This document shows, piece after piece, positions 30,154 through 39,074 of a stretch of 64,000 bases of DNA; position 1 is the first letter of the stretch, and every line of letters begins with the position of its first letter. The stretch is from Candidatus Cloacimonadales bacterium. GTDB taxonomy: Bacteria; Cloacimonadota; Cloacimonadia; Cloacimonadales; JAIOQZ01. The notes beneath the pieces are model-generated. The model did not search any database and was not told the origin of the DNA. It saw only the letters and a program-made list of their open reading frames with translations. The stretch lies in assembly GCA_963662655.2 (NCBI GenBank), contig CAXXTU010000002.1:1312001-1376000 (forward strand). The letters are read 5' to 3'. The translations under genes were made by a program, and so were the position numbers.

Positions 30154-32166
30154 ATGCCCAAAGGTATCGCGTCGATGCTCTTCTTATTGCTCCTAACAAG
30201 CTTTCTTCATAGCGACTGGCTGGAAAAACACACCACGCTTGTCGATTCGATCCAGGCGAACACCGATATCCTCGAAGATCGATTGCAGAAGCTTTCGATA
30301 CAAGACACCAATCTATCCCAGCAGGATATCCTGTCATACCTCCTGCTTTCAGGCTACCTGCCCGAGCTGGATTCCACGCAGGTGCGGGAGAATCTACATC
30401 AAGCGCTACAACTGAGTGTCGCGGAGAAGAACCCGGAAGCCCAGACGTTGGCTAGATGGGAAATGGCGAAATTCGAGCGGAGTCAACAAAACACTTCGCA
30501 GGCGCAATCGCTGTACCAGGAAGCAATCCGAATGGCGAGAGCCACACTTCCATCCCACCACATCGCGCTTCTGCATCTGGAAATTGCGTCCTTCTACGAG
30601 GAACAGAATATGATGCGCGCCGCCTCGCGGGAAGCGATGGAAGCCGCGCTGGAGATCGATACACTCGCTGACCGCGATTTAATGATCGAGGCCTACATGA
30701 AGCTGGGCGAGTACTTCGACAGACAGGGAATGATCATCAACAGCCTCGAGTATTTCGAGAAGGCGCACGCCCTCTCCAAGGAGGTTAGCGATCCGGTGCT
30801 CACAGCCGAGCTGGCAATACAGATCGGCAACGGATACCAGCGGAAGGCGAAATACGATATGGCGCTGAAGACGTACTTCGAGGCCATCGACAGCTTTTCC
30901 CGGGCAAATCGCAAAGACAAGCTGGCCATCGTGTATGATCAGGTGGCTTCCATATACAGAAAGCTGGGGGAAATCTCCAAGGCCATCGAGTACATGACCA
31001 ACGCGCAGATCATCAATATCAGCCTGCAAAACTGGGCGCTTGTGGGCGACAACTACCAGAACCTGGGCTTGCTTTACACCGATCTGAAGCAATCGCAGAC
31101 CGCTCTCACCTACCTCAAGAAAGCCCTCGCGACCTATCAGCAGGTCGACAACAAGGAAGGCATCGCGACAACGAGCAGCAAGATAGGCTTAACGCTCTCG
31201 GGCATGGGCGAATACGGGGAAGCGATCCAGTACAGCGAGGAATCGATCAAGGTAGCTCGGGAAGCCGGGCTGACCAACCAGATCACGTCGCTGCTCATCG
31301 ACCTGAGCCAGGTGTTGGCAACGGCCGGAAACAATGCCGAGGCAATTTCCGCGCTCAGTGAGGCATCCGTCGTTCTCCGGGAATCGGGTGGTAACAGGGA
31401 GTTTCAGTTGCAGATCGAGAAGAACATCGCTGAGCTGAAGGAGCGGCAAGGGGACATCCACAACGCGATTGCCCACTACCGGCAGGCGATGGATCTCCAG
31501 GACAAGATGTACGACGACCTCTCGCATCAGAAGCTCTCCGAGATGGAAGTGCTACTGGAAAGCTTCCAGAAAGAGAAGGAGATCGAGAAGCTCGAGAATG
31601 ACCTGACCGCCCAGCGGATCCAGGCCAAGCACGATAAATTCTATTATCAGACACAGTTGGAACTGGAAAACCTCAAATCGCGCAACCAGCAGATCGTCAT
31701 GCTTTCGATGGCTGTCATGGTTATTGGAGCGATTTCGTTTCTGTGGTACATTCTGGTAAGATTCCGCAAAGAGAAAGCCCTTCACAGCAAAATCAGCGAA
31801 CAGCACTTCGCACTCACCGACGCTTACAGCCAGCTTGAAAGAGCCCAGCACGAGCTGATTGAATTCGAGCGCCTCAAGTCGATGTCCGCAATGGCCGTCA
31901 CCATGAACCACGAAATCAACCAGCCGCTCATGATCATCCAGGGCAATCTGGACATGCTGAACATCTACCTGGAGAAGCACGACCTCGATTCCGAGCTCAC
32001 GCGGTTCACGCAACGAATCCAGGAGTCACTCCAGCGCATCATGGGGATCATGGAACGTATCGAGAACCTGGAGCGTGTGCAGTATGGCGATTACACGGAA
32101 GGAACCTCGATGGTCGATCTCGATTGCGCGAGCACAGACGATTTCGCTGAGCTGGACGAGTGTTAA
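30154..32166 (+). CDS. TPR-repeat membrane protein with C-terminal HisKA (DHp) domain and no HATPase domain
   Basis: Signal peptide, TPRs, TM helix, H-box TMNHEINQPL; protein ends about 80 aa later. Confidence 0.8.
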   Translation: MPKGIASMLFLLLLTSFLHSDWLEKHTTLVDSIQANTDILEDRLQKLSIQDTNLSQQDILSYLLLSGYLPELDSTQVRENLHQALQLSVAEKNPEAQTLARWEMAKFERSQQNTSQAQSLYQEAIRMARATLPSHHIALLHLEIASFYEEQNMMRAASREAMEAALEIDTLADRDLMIEAYMKLGEYFDRQGMIINSLEYFEKAHALSKEVSDPVLTAELAIQIGNGYQRKAKYDMALKTYFEAIDSFSRANRKDKLAIVYDQVASIYRKLGEISKAIEYMTNAQIINISLQNWALVGDNYQNLGLLYTDLKQSQTALTYLKKALATYQQVDNKEGIATTSSKIGLTLSGMGEYGEAIQYSEESIKVAREAGLTNQITSLLIDLSQVLATAGNNAEAISALSEASVVLRESGGNREFQLQIEKNIAELKERQGDIHNAIAHYRQAMDLQDKMYDDLSHQKLSEMEVLLESFQKEKEIEKLENDLTAQRIQAKHDKFYYQTQLELENLKSRNQQIVMLSMAVMVIGAISFLWYILVRFRKEKALHSKISEQHFALTDAYSQLERAQHELIEFERLKSMSAMAVTMNHEINQPLMIIQGNLDMLNIYLEKHDLDSELTRFTQRIQESLQRIMGIMERIENLERVQYGDYTEGTSMVDLDCASTDDFAELDEC

Positions 32167-32203
32167 TAAACGCGATGTAAACCACTTATTATCAGGAGAT
32201 AAC

Positions 32204-33010
32204 ATGCTTCGCACAACGTTTCTTCTCGTATTCTCGGCACTATCCATCTGTATCCTGGCCGCCAGCGACAAAATAGCCATCACCGGCTCCACAACCGTCT
32301 TCCCCATCGCGGAGAAATGCGCGGAAGCGTTTGAATCCGAGCATCCGGAAGTCGAATTCGAAATCGCCTCGACGGGATCGAGCGTGGGGATTTCGTCCAT
32401 CATCGACGGCAGCGCAGACATAGGAAACGCGTCGCGTCCGGCCAAGCAGAAGGAGATCGATGCCGCCAGAAAATCCCACATCGAACTGTTTGAGACGCCG
32501 ATCGCGATGGATGGCGTGGCCGTGGTGGTTCATCCCGAAAACCCGGTGACAAACATATCGCTGCAACAGCTTCAGGACATTTACACCGGCAAAATCACAT
32601 CGTGGAAGGCGCTCGGCGGCGAGGACGCGCCCATCCTGATCATCTCGCGCGATCCGTCGTCTGGTACCTTCGAGGTGTTCAACACGATCGTTCTCAGGAA
32701 AAAAGAGCTCTCGCCGACGGCGATTCTCGTGCAGGGCAATCAATCCGTTGCAGATGCGGTTGCCATGACGAGGTACGCGATCGGCTACATCGGTTTCGGC
32801 TTCCTGCAGAACGACCTGAAGGCTGTTTCGATCGAGGATATCGAACCAACCGACGAAACGATCCTCAGCGGCCACTACGCGATTTCCCGCAAGTTGTTCA
32901 TGTACACCGACGGCAAGCCGGAAAAAACCGTCGGGGAATTCATTCGCTTCATCCTCTCTCCCAAGGGGCAGCAGATCGTGCGGGAAACCGGCTTCCTGCC
33001 GGTGCGATGA
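32204..33010 (+). CDS. pstS: Phosphate ABC transporter substrate-binding protein
   Basis: GSTTVFP, GSSVGI, DIGNASR, SRDPSSGTFEVF, AIGYIG, YAISRKLFMY. Confidence 0.9.
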   Translation: MLRTTFLLVFSALSICILAASDKIAITGSTTVFPIAEKCAEAFESEHPEVEFEIASTGSSVGISSIIDGSADIGNASRPAKQKEIDAARKSHIELFETPIAMDGVAVVVHPENPVTNISLQQLQDIYTGKITSWKALGGEDAPILIISRDPSSGTFEVFNTIVLRKKELSPTAILVQGNQSVADAVAMTRYAIGYIGFGFLQNDLKAVSIEDIEPTDETILSGHYAISRKLFMYTDGKPEKTVGEFIRFILSPKGQQIVRETGFLPVR

Positions 33011-33011
33011 T

Positions 33012-33437
33012 TTACTGAATGGGCATGATATCCTGGGGCTTGTCGGGATCGATATCCACGTGGATAAATTGTTTGTCCCTGTAGATCACAATCCGCCGGA
33101 AACCTGCTTGCAGAAGCCCATAGACGATGCGGAAACGCAATGCGTGATCCGTGGCGGAGATGTCGGCAGCCAGTCCCTTCATGTGGCTGGAAGTGGGTGA
33201 ACCGCCGATCTCCCGGTTGTGCTTCTCGCATCGGTAGCCGGAATTGATCCTGAAAGGCACGCCGGCGATCTTCCTGGCGGCATCCAGCATCGAAACGAGT
33301 TGGGCTGATATATTTTGCGAGTTGCAGCAACGGCACTGAAATTCTTCTGCCCGGAAGTGTCGAATCGAACGCCAGTCCGGCGCTGTAATGAGATATGCTC
33401 CTCCTTCCGAAGAAAGAGGAGCTTCCGTTCTCGTCAA
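33012..33437 (-). CDS. Peptidase M15 (Zn D-Ala-D-Ala type) endolysin; start TTG 33437 or ATT 33389
   Basis: HFRAEEFQCRCC, INSGYRC..HN..GG...SSHMKGLAADI, FIHVD; the 197-aa ORF in the track overlaps a separate small gene. Confidence 0.85.
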   Translation of the reverse strand: MTRTEAPLSSEGGAYLITAPDWRSIRHFRAEEFQCRCCNSQNISAQLVSMLDAARKIAGVPFRINSGYRCEKHNREIGGSPTSSHMKGLAADISATDHALRFRIVYGLLQAGFRRIVIYRDKQFIHVDIDPDKPQDIMPIQ

Positions 33438-33610
33438 CGGGCCCACCCGAAGGCGGAGTAGAGAATCAGTTGAAGAATCTCCACCGCGCTGTCGTCGAGC
33501 TTGTTTTCGGTCTTCTCTGCTACATCCTTCAGCCAGTCTAGGAAAACGTCCACGATCACCTTGACGGGCAGAATTCTCATGATGTGCTTCATGATGCTTG
33601 TCCAATCCAT
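33434..33610 (-). CDS. 58-aa small protein next to the endolysin (holin/lysis-accessory candidate); not in ORF track
   Basis: AAGGAGG SD then ATG; MDWTSIMKHIMRILPVKVIVDVFLDWLKDVAEKTENKLDDSAVEILQLILYSAFGWAR. Confidence 0.7.
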   Translation of the reverse strand: MDWTSIMKHIMRILPVKVIVDVFLDWLKDVAEKTENKLDDSAVEILQLILYSAFGWAR

Positions 33611-33633
33611 GAATCCCTCCTTGCGAATACCGT

Positions 33634-34083
33634 TTATACGGTTACACTGATGTTCTTCAAATCGATGTACTCCTGGCTGATCAACTTGAGGTACACGCTG
33701 TCGTACTGCGGATACGGCAAGCCGCTCTCGCCCGATGCGAACGGCTGATATTTCTCGATGACGAAGATCACTTCCCAGGCGTTTGTCCCGGAGGCGTCGC
33801 CGTGAATCCTCAGCTTGATCGTCTCCTGAGCACGTAAAGCCTTGAAAATACCCATGGCGTCACGGTCGAGGTTGTAAACGACGAGCTCCGCTTGCATGCG
33901 TCCGTAGTCCTCGCAGGCCGCCTTCTCGTGTATCGAGATTTTGCCTGTTATCGACGAGGTATGAAAAATCCTGTCCTTTACCCAGGAGTATTCGAAGTTA
34001 CAATCTTCTTGTGAAAGGTCCCAACTGGAACCGTAGGATGTCCCGTAGAAGATGACGGGAGCTTGGGTGCCCCAATATGCCAC
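33634..34083 (-). CDS. Putative tail-tip/distal tail protein
   Basis: 149 aa, beta-rich, abuts the upstream gene with an SD; assigned by position only. Confidence 0.45.
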   Translation of the reverse strand: MAYWGTQAPVIFYGTSYGSSWDLSQEDCNFEYSWVKDRIFHTSSITGKISIHEKAACEDYGRMQAELVVYNLDRDAMGIFKALRAQETIKLRIHGDASGTNAWEVIFVIEKYQPFASGESGLPYPQYDSVYLKLISQEYIDLKNISVTV

Positions 34084-35859
34084 TTATGCCTCCTGTTTGA
34101 TTTCCGAAGTGAAGTTGACCAGATCGTCCACCTTGCGGACGTAACGCTCGTCCGCTTCTGCCGTGAGCTCCGTTTTGACGTTGATATAGGCGATATCGCG
34201 CCGGAAGGTGGAATCGAGGATATCGACGAGCTGTTCTTCGAGCGCGGGACTGATATCGGTGATCTGGTTGCTTGTGCTCGCATGTCTCTGTAGGGTGAAA
34301 TGATCCGTCAGGTTCACGTCGATGACCGAGTTCTTTACCTTGTAGGAGCTGCTGATGTTGTTCGCCGATATCTCCTCCGAATCGGATGACGTCCAGCTAT
34401 CCCAGTAGTTGATTCCCGACGACAGGCGTATTTGATTGACCTGATAATACTTACGCTGCTTTTCGACGCTCTGCCGGAACGCGATGATCTTCTCGTCGCT
34501 GTAAGAAACCGTGCTGTAACTCGTTCTCCGGAACTTCACGACCGAGTCGTCGATCAGGAATGTCAGCCTTAGAGCCAGAAGGAGTTCGCGGAACAGGGTC
34601 AGCATATCGGCGCTGTCGTTGTCCTCTTTGTTGCCCCTGCCGGCGTACATCAGACTGTATTGGCTCACCGCGAACCATTTGTAACTCATTGCGCTGGATG
34701 AATCCGTGTAGTCGGACGCGGCATCAAAAATCCCGGCAGTATCGACGGAGAGGATATTATCGTATTGCAGGAAGTAGATCGCGCTTTTCAGCAGGTAAAG
34801 CGCACTCACCCATCTTCTCGAACTGACGCCGACATCGTAGAAATACTCCGTCGTGCTGTAGTTCGAGCCCGAGAACAGCACCGGCGTAATGTTGCTCCAC
34901 CAGTCGGTTCGCGATGCTGCGAACGTGCTGGAGCCGGTGAGATAGCAATCGGAAGAGACTTGCTCCAGCGCGGTGAAGATGCTCTCGCAGTAAATACGCT
35001 TCAAGCCCTCGTCCTGCTCCTCGATACGGTGCACGCGGTAGAACCAATTCTCCTTACCGAGCGTGACTTCTTCGATGGCGATGGTGTCGTTGATTCGGAT
35101 GGCGTCATCGCCGTACCAGATAAACGACATGTCACACAGCACGGGGGTGCGGAGACTGTCGGTCTCCTGCTTGAGCTGGGAGATGTCCATCACCTGATCG
35201 GAGATATCCGTCTTCGTTGCCCAGAAATCAGAAGGCATTGTACCACTAACGGTTGCATCAAGGATGTTGAAGTGATCCTTGACCGTCATGTAACCGGCTC
35301 CACCGTAGTTTTTGTAACCAACGAGCCTTCTATGCGTGGACGATCGCGTGTACCAGAAATCGAAGATCGTACCGGTGAAGTGTCGCAGCGGAGCGTTTGA
35401 GACATCGCTCGTCGCTCCCACAAACAGATTTGACGTTGCCAGCGTTCCGGATGAAACGCACGACCTCGATTCCGAGAACACCGGGTTGTTGTATTGATCC
35501 CGGACGGCGAGGACGATCTCCGGTGTGGCGGAAATGTACACGCTGACGTTGTAGATTTCATCGGCATTGAGCTCCAGATCGCCGAAATCGTAATCGGTAT
35601 CCAGATAGCGGACGCGCAAGTAGAAGTTATCGCTTGCGTTGAGTATCTTCAAGCTGTACACGTCGTCACCATTCCCCATGCCCCAGACACATTGCTCGGT
35701 TGGTAGCAGCAACATGGACGACAGCCGGAAACGGCACTTGACGGGCGAAAGGATGTCTGTTGTTGCCAGCGTCGCGTTCGTATCGACATACACCGCCCCG
35801 TTGAACTTCATGCCGTTGTAGTGGTCTCTATAATGCCAGATTTTCACCTGTGCCATCAT
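34084..35859 (-). CDS. Putative tail tip/hub protein with N-terminal LamG/ConA-like domain
   Basis: Follows tape measure; NLFVGA..HFTGTIFDFWY resembles the LamG core. Confidence 0.5.
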   Translation of the reverse strand: MMAQVKIWHYRDHYNGMKFNGAVYVDTNATLATTDILSPVKCRFRLSSMLLLPTEQCVWGMGNGDDVYSLKILNASDNFYLRVRYLDTDYDFGDLELNADEIYNVSVYISATPEIVLAVRDQYNNPVFSESRSCVSSGTLATSNLFVGATSDVSNAPLRHFTGTIFDFWYTRSSTHRRLVGYKNYGGAGYMTVKDHFNILDATVSGTMPSDFWATKTDISDQVMDISQLKQETDSLRTPVLCDMSFIWYGDDAIRINDTIAIEEVTLGKENWFYRVHRIEEQDEGLKRIYCESIFTALEQVSSDCYLTGSSTFAASRTDWWSNITPVLFSGSNYSTTEYFYDVGVSSRRWVSALYLLKSAIYFLQYDNILSVDTAGIFDAASDYTDSSSAMSYKWFAVSQYSLMYAGRGNKEDNDSADMLTLFRELLLALRLTFLIDDSVVKFRRTSYSTVSYSDEKIIAFRQSVEKQRKYYQVNQIRLSSGINYWDSWTSSDSEEISANNISSSYKVKNSVIDVNLTDHFTLQRHASTSNQITDISPALEEQLVDILDSTFRRDIAYINVKTELTAEADERYVRKVDDLVNFTSEIKQEA

Positions 35860-36913
35860 AGCCTCCCCTGTTCATTCGTCTGCGCGCCGAGTCGATCCGC
35901 ATGATCGCCGTTTCAGCGTCTCCGCTCCCGCCTGCCGTCACGCTGAATTCTTTCTTGATCAGGTTGATGTTCAGCGCACGGAGTTGCGTGGAAATCCGGT
36001 CGAGCTTCTCCCCCAGGCTACCGGAGCTCCCGTGGTTGATTGCATGGAGAAGATCGAGATTCCCGCGCGCCGCTTGCGCGCTGATTACATACTCGCCGTT
36101 GCTGAGAAGCGCGGGGATCGAGTCGGAAGTCGAGCTTCCCGGGCCGGACACGTAACCGCCGTAGGCGTAGGTTTGCGCCTCGATTTCCGCGACGTTCGCC
36201 GCCGTTTTCGCTGTCGCGACCGCTGCCGCGGCCGCCGCGACCAGCGGCGCAGCCGATCCACCGTATTTCATGCCCCATGCGTATGCCGATTGCACCGCCT
36301 GAAGCCCGTCCAGGATCGCCTGGATCATGGACAGACGCTTCCAGGTCTCGAAGCCCTTGCGTCCATACGCGCGAGCGATGTCCGCAAGGTCGCCGAACAT
36401 ATCCGCGGTACCCTCCAGAAGCTCCCTCTGACGGGCCTGCTCCCGCTTGAGGTACTTCTGGCGAATCCCGTCGCGATCCTTCTCATAGTACTCCAGAATC
36501 GTGCGACGCGCTTCCTCGTGCTCCTCGTACATCGCGCGCTGCTTCTCGTACTCCTGCTGCTGGAGCTCGGTCCTGGCGATGATCAATTCCTGCGCTCCGG
36601 CCAGCGATTCCTTTGCGTACTGCTCCTGGGATTCCACCGCGCTGAGCAGCAACTCGTTGCGACTTCTCGCCTCGTCCCGCATCCACTGCACCTGCTGCTG
36701 ATGGCGTTCGCGCATATCGGAAGCCGAAGATTTTCCGGGAAGCATCTTGCGGGACGCTTCTCCCAGAGCCGACATCGAACCTCTGGTCGCATCGAGCGTC
36801 TTCTGAAGGTTCTTCAGCAGTTGATCGGTGCTGCTCAGCGAGTCGTTGAGCGTGCGCACGCTTCTACCGCCTTCAATGAAAATCTGGTTATCCCATGTTG
36901 TATTTCTTTTCAT
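35828..36913 (-). CDS. Short tail tape measure protein (361 aa)
   Basis: Long helical Q/E/R-rich region, Ala-rich segment, C-terminal YAYGGYVSGPGSSTSDSIPALLSNGEYV motif; SD before ATG 36913. Confidence 0.85.
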   Translation of the reverse strand: MKRNTTWDNQIFIEGGRSVRTLNDSLSSTDQLLKNLQKTLDATRGSMSALGEASRKMLPGKSSASDMRERHQQQVQWMRDEARSRNELLLSAVESQEQYAKESLAGAQELIIARTELQQQEYEKQRAMYEEHEEARRTILEYYEKDRDGIRQKYLKREQARQRELLEGTADMFGDLADIARAYGRKGFETWKRLSMIQAILDGLQAVQSAYAWGMKYGGSAAPLVAAAAAAVATAKTAANVAEIEAQTYAYGGYVSGPGSSTSDSIPALLSNGEYVISAQAARGNLDLLHAINHGSSGSLGEKLDRISTQLRALNINLIKKEFSVTAGGSGDAETAIMRIDSARRRMNRGGYDGTGENLAL

Positions 36914-37633
36914 TCTGTCCTCGTTCCTGCTTTTCCGCCAGCGTCTCCTGCTGGATTCGTTCCGCGAGCGAATAGAGCTCCATGAACCACCCGGGCTGAG
37001 CCCGTTGGTCACCCGGCCACGGATACCGCACTCCACCGCGTGAATTCTCGATCAGATAGCTCAATACAAGCTTCACGGCCGGTAACATCCTCGGAAACGG
37101 AGTTCCATCTCTAGCTCTCTTGCACGTCTCTCTCGCGAGACAGTTCCCACAGAAGGTATGATCCCCGGCGAAGCTGGTTATAACGCCCTCCCAGCGATCT
37201 CCGGAGAAGATCATCAATCGGAGGGCGTGCGTTAGTTTTTTCGGATCGCCTCGCGGTTCCGGCGATACTCCTCTTCCATCGAGCCGATCTCTTCCCAGAG
37301 AAGCTCCAGAACATCCTCCCTCAGCAGATTGACGCTCTCCAGCGTCACCGAGCGCTCAAATACCCAGCCCTCGCGGTCTACGCGACGGCTCACACCGTCC
37401 AGCTCTCCGCCCAAAGCCAGCACAACCTTCGCCAGGCGGAGGGTTTCAGGCTGGACACCTTCGTATACCGGTTCTTCTCCGTTGAAGGACATCTTGCCCA
37501 TGAATGGCAGCAGCGCGTCCCGGTCCAGGGGCCGTAAATGACGGATGGTCGCGATCCGCTGACCGTCGAGAAAGACGTCACGCGTCAGAGCGGCCCCGTG
37601 ATCCTCGAAACAGTTCTTGATTTTATCGCTCAT
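36888..37633 (-). CDS. Tail assembly chaperone gpGT-like, produced by -1 frameshift at 37241-37235
   Basis: A AAA AAC just before the gpG-like stop; the -1 frame runs without a stop into ORF 36888..37217. Confidence 0.75.
37232..37633 (-). CDS. Tail assembly chaperone gpG-like (133 aa)
   Basis: Between tail tube and tape measure; ends ..IRKN at the slippery site; start MSDKIK just after the tube stop. Confidence 0.75.
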   Translation of the reverse strand: MSDKIKNCFEDHGAALTRDVFLDGQRIATIRHLRPLDRDALLPFMGKMSFNGEEPVYEGVQPETLRLAKVVLALGGELDGVSRRVDREGWVFERSVTLESVNLLREDVLELLWEEIGSMEEEYRRNREAIRKN

Positions 37634-37641
37634 ACCGCCCC

Positions 37642-38598
37642 CTACGTAACGATGATCTTTACGGAGGGATTCGTATTGTCCGCCATGAGCTGCACGGTTG
37701 CGGAAAACGCGAATATCTGCCTCTCGGGATCGGCCGGATTCACCGCGGTGATCTTGCCGTTGGTTTCGACGACCCACTGATGCGTTCCGTCCGTGAGTGT
37801 GAAATCGACGTTGCCATAGGTAACATCGCTGGAAAGCAGCTCATCCTCGAACCAGCCGCTGGCGGAGTCGTAATTCGTATCGAAGGTCGCCTCTCCGCTG
37901 AAACCTTCGATGAGCTCCCGCCGCTTGGTGAATGAATTCTGGTAAAGCGCGTTCTCGTTGATGAAGCGATTCGCCAGTGAGAGGCTGAATGAATTGAAGC
38001 TGCTATAGGCGGCATCGAAGAGATTGATCGAGTGGATGTCGCCAACCAGGAAAGGCTTTACGTGCGGCGTCGCCACCATTCCATAGGCTGCGTAATCGCC
38101 GGATGACAAATCGACCTCCGTCTCGATGCTTTTAACCCTGAACACCGCTTCGAAGGTGACCGTGCCGTTGCTTTCGCCGGTGATGTTCATGCTCTCCAGG
38201 ACGCATCCCGTGGCGACATTGCCCTTTGCATCGTCCGTGAAATATTGGTGAATCTCATACGAGAAGGGGGTGTTGCCCGATTGAACCTGGTATGGCGAAG
38301 CGCTCTTGGAGAAAAGCCCTTGCAACATGATTGCGTGCAGGTGGGAAAGCTCGCCGCTGATCGTGACCGCTCCCCCTTTCCTGCCGGCGAGAACCTCGGA
38401 GTGGTAAGGCTCGATTTTCCCTGTCTTGGCACGTACGGTGATTGCTTCACGCGTGGGCTTCATCACAATCGAGTTCGCCAGAATGATATCGATCGAGCTG
38501 TAGTCTCCCGCATAGCTTCCATAACCGCTTCCCGTACCGGATTCCTGTTCCTTGAACAGAGTAATCAAATACCTGTTCCCATATCGATATGCGCACAT
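37642..38598 (-). CDS. Major tail tube protein (non-contractile type)
   Basis: 318 aa, beta-rich (ATGCVLESMNITGE, FSLSLAN); canonical position; no sheath gene present. Confidence 0.7.
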   Translation of the reverse strand: MCAYRYGNRYLITLFKEQESGTGSGYGSYAGDYSSIDIILANSIVMKPTREAITVRAKTGKIEPYHSEVLAGRKGGAVTISGELSHLHAIMLQGLFSKSASPYQVQSGNTPFSYEIHQYFTDDAKGNVATGCVLESMNITGESNGTVTFEAVFRVKSIETEVDLSSGDYAAYGMVATPHVKPFLVGDIHSINLFDAAYSSFNSFSLSLANRFINENALYQNSFTKRRELIEGFSGEATFDTNYDSASGWFEDELLSSDVTYGNVDFTLTDGTHQWVVETNGKITAVNPADPERQIFAFSATVQLMADNTNPSVKIIVT

Positions 38599-38612
38599 AG
38601 TTCCTCCTTTGG

Positions 38613-39065
38613 TCAGTCGTCGTCTCGCGTGTCGAGAATCTGCATTCTGAAGCAGATCTTGCGGATGTTGAGATTGTTGTAGATGCCCGGCTCATGGTAG
38701 TCCGTCGCTTCGCCGCGAACCTCACCCTTTTCGATGGAAACCGCTTCCAGATTGTGGATGTATTCGGCAATGCCGACCGCACCTAGTACCTTGTCGATGA
38801 TCACGTCCCCAAGGACGTTCATCGTAATGACCCGGTTCTGTCCCGGGCGATGATATAACCAGACATTGATCTCGTAGGAGTAGCGAATCTGGCCGCCGGC
38901 CAACATCACGTATTCCGGCTGATCTCCATCCTGAACCAGAACCGCAGGCAGTTTCCTTCCGATGCGATCGATGTCGTCCGGAAACTCTCCCACATACTCG
39001 AATAAATCCTCGCTGCTGAACAGGGTTTTAATCCAGTTGATTACTTCGTTTTGATATGCGTGCAT
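38613..39065 (-). CDS. Putative tail terminator/completion protein
   Basis: KLPAVLVQ motif, 150 aa, between adaptor and tube. Confidence 0.55.
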   Translation of the reverse strand: MHAYQNEVINWIKTLFSSEDLFEYVGEFPDDIDRIGRKLPAVLVQDGDQPEYVMLAGGQIRYSYEINVWLYHRPGQNRVITMNVLGDVIIDKVLGAVGIAEYIHNLEAVSIEKGEVRGEATDYHEPGIYNNLNIRKICFRMQILDTRDDD

Positions 39066-39074
39066 TGGTTCACC

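Noticed and set aside
33438..33605. N-terminal part of the 197-aa endolysin ORF
   Set aside because: It overlaps a better-supported 58-aa gene in another frame that has a strong SD
33634..39065. Contractile injection system or R-type tailocin
   Set aside because: No sheath or baseplate genes, and capsid genes are present
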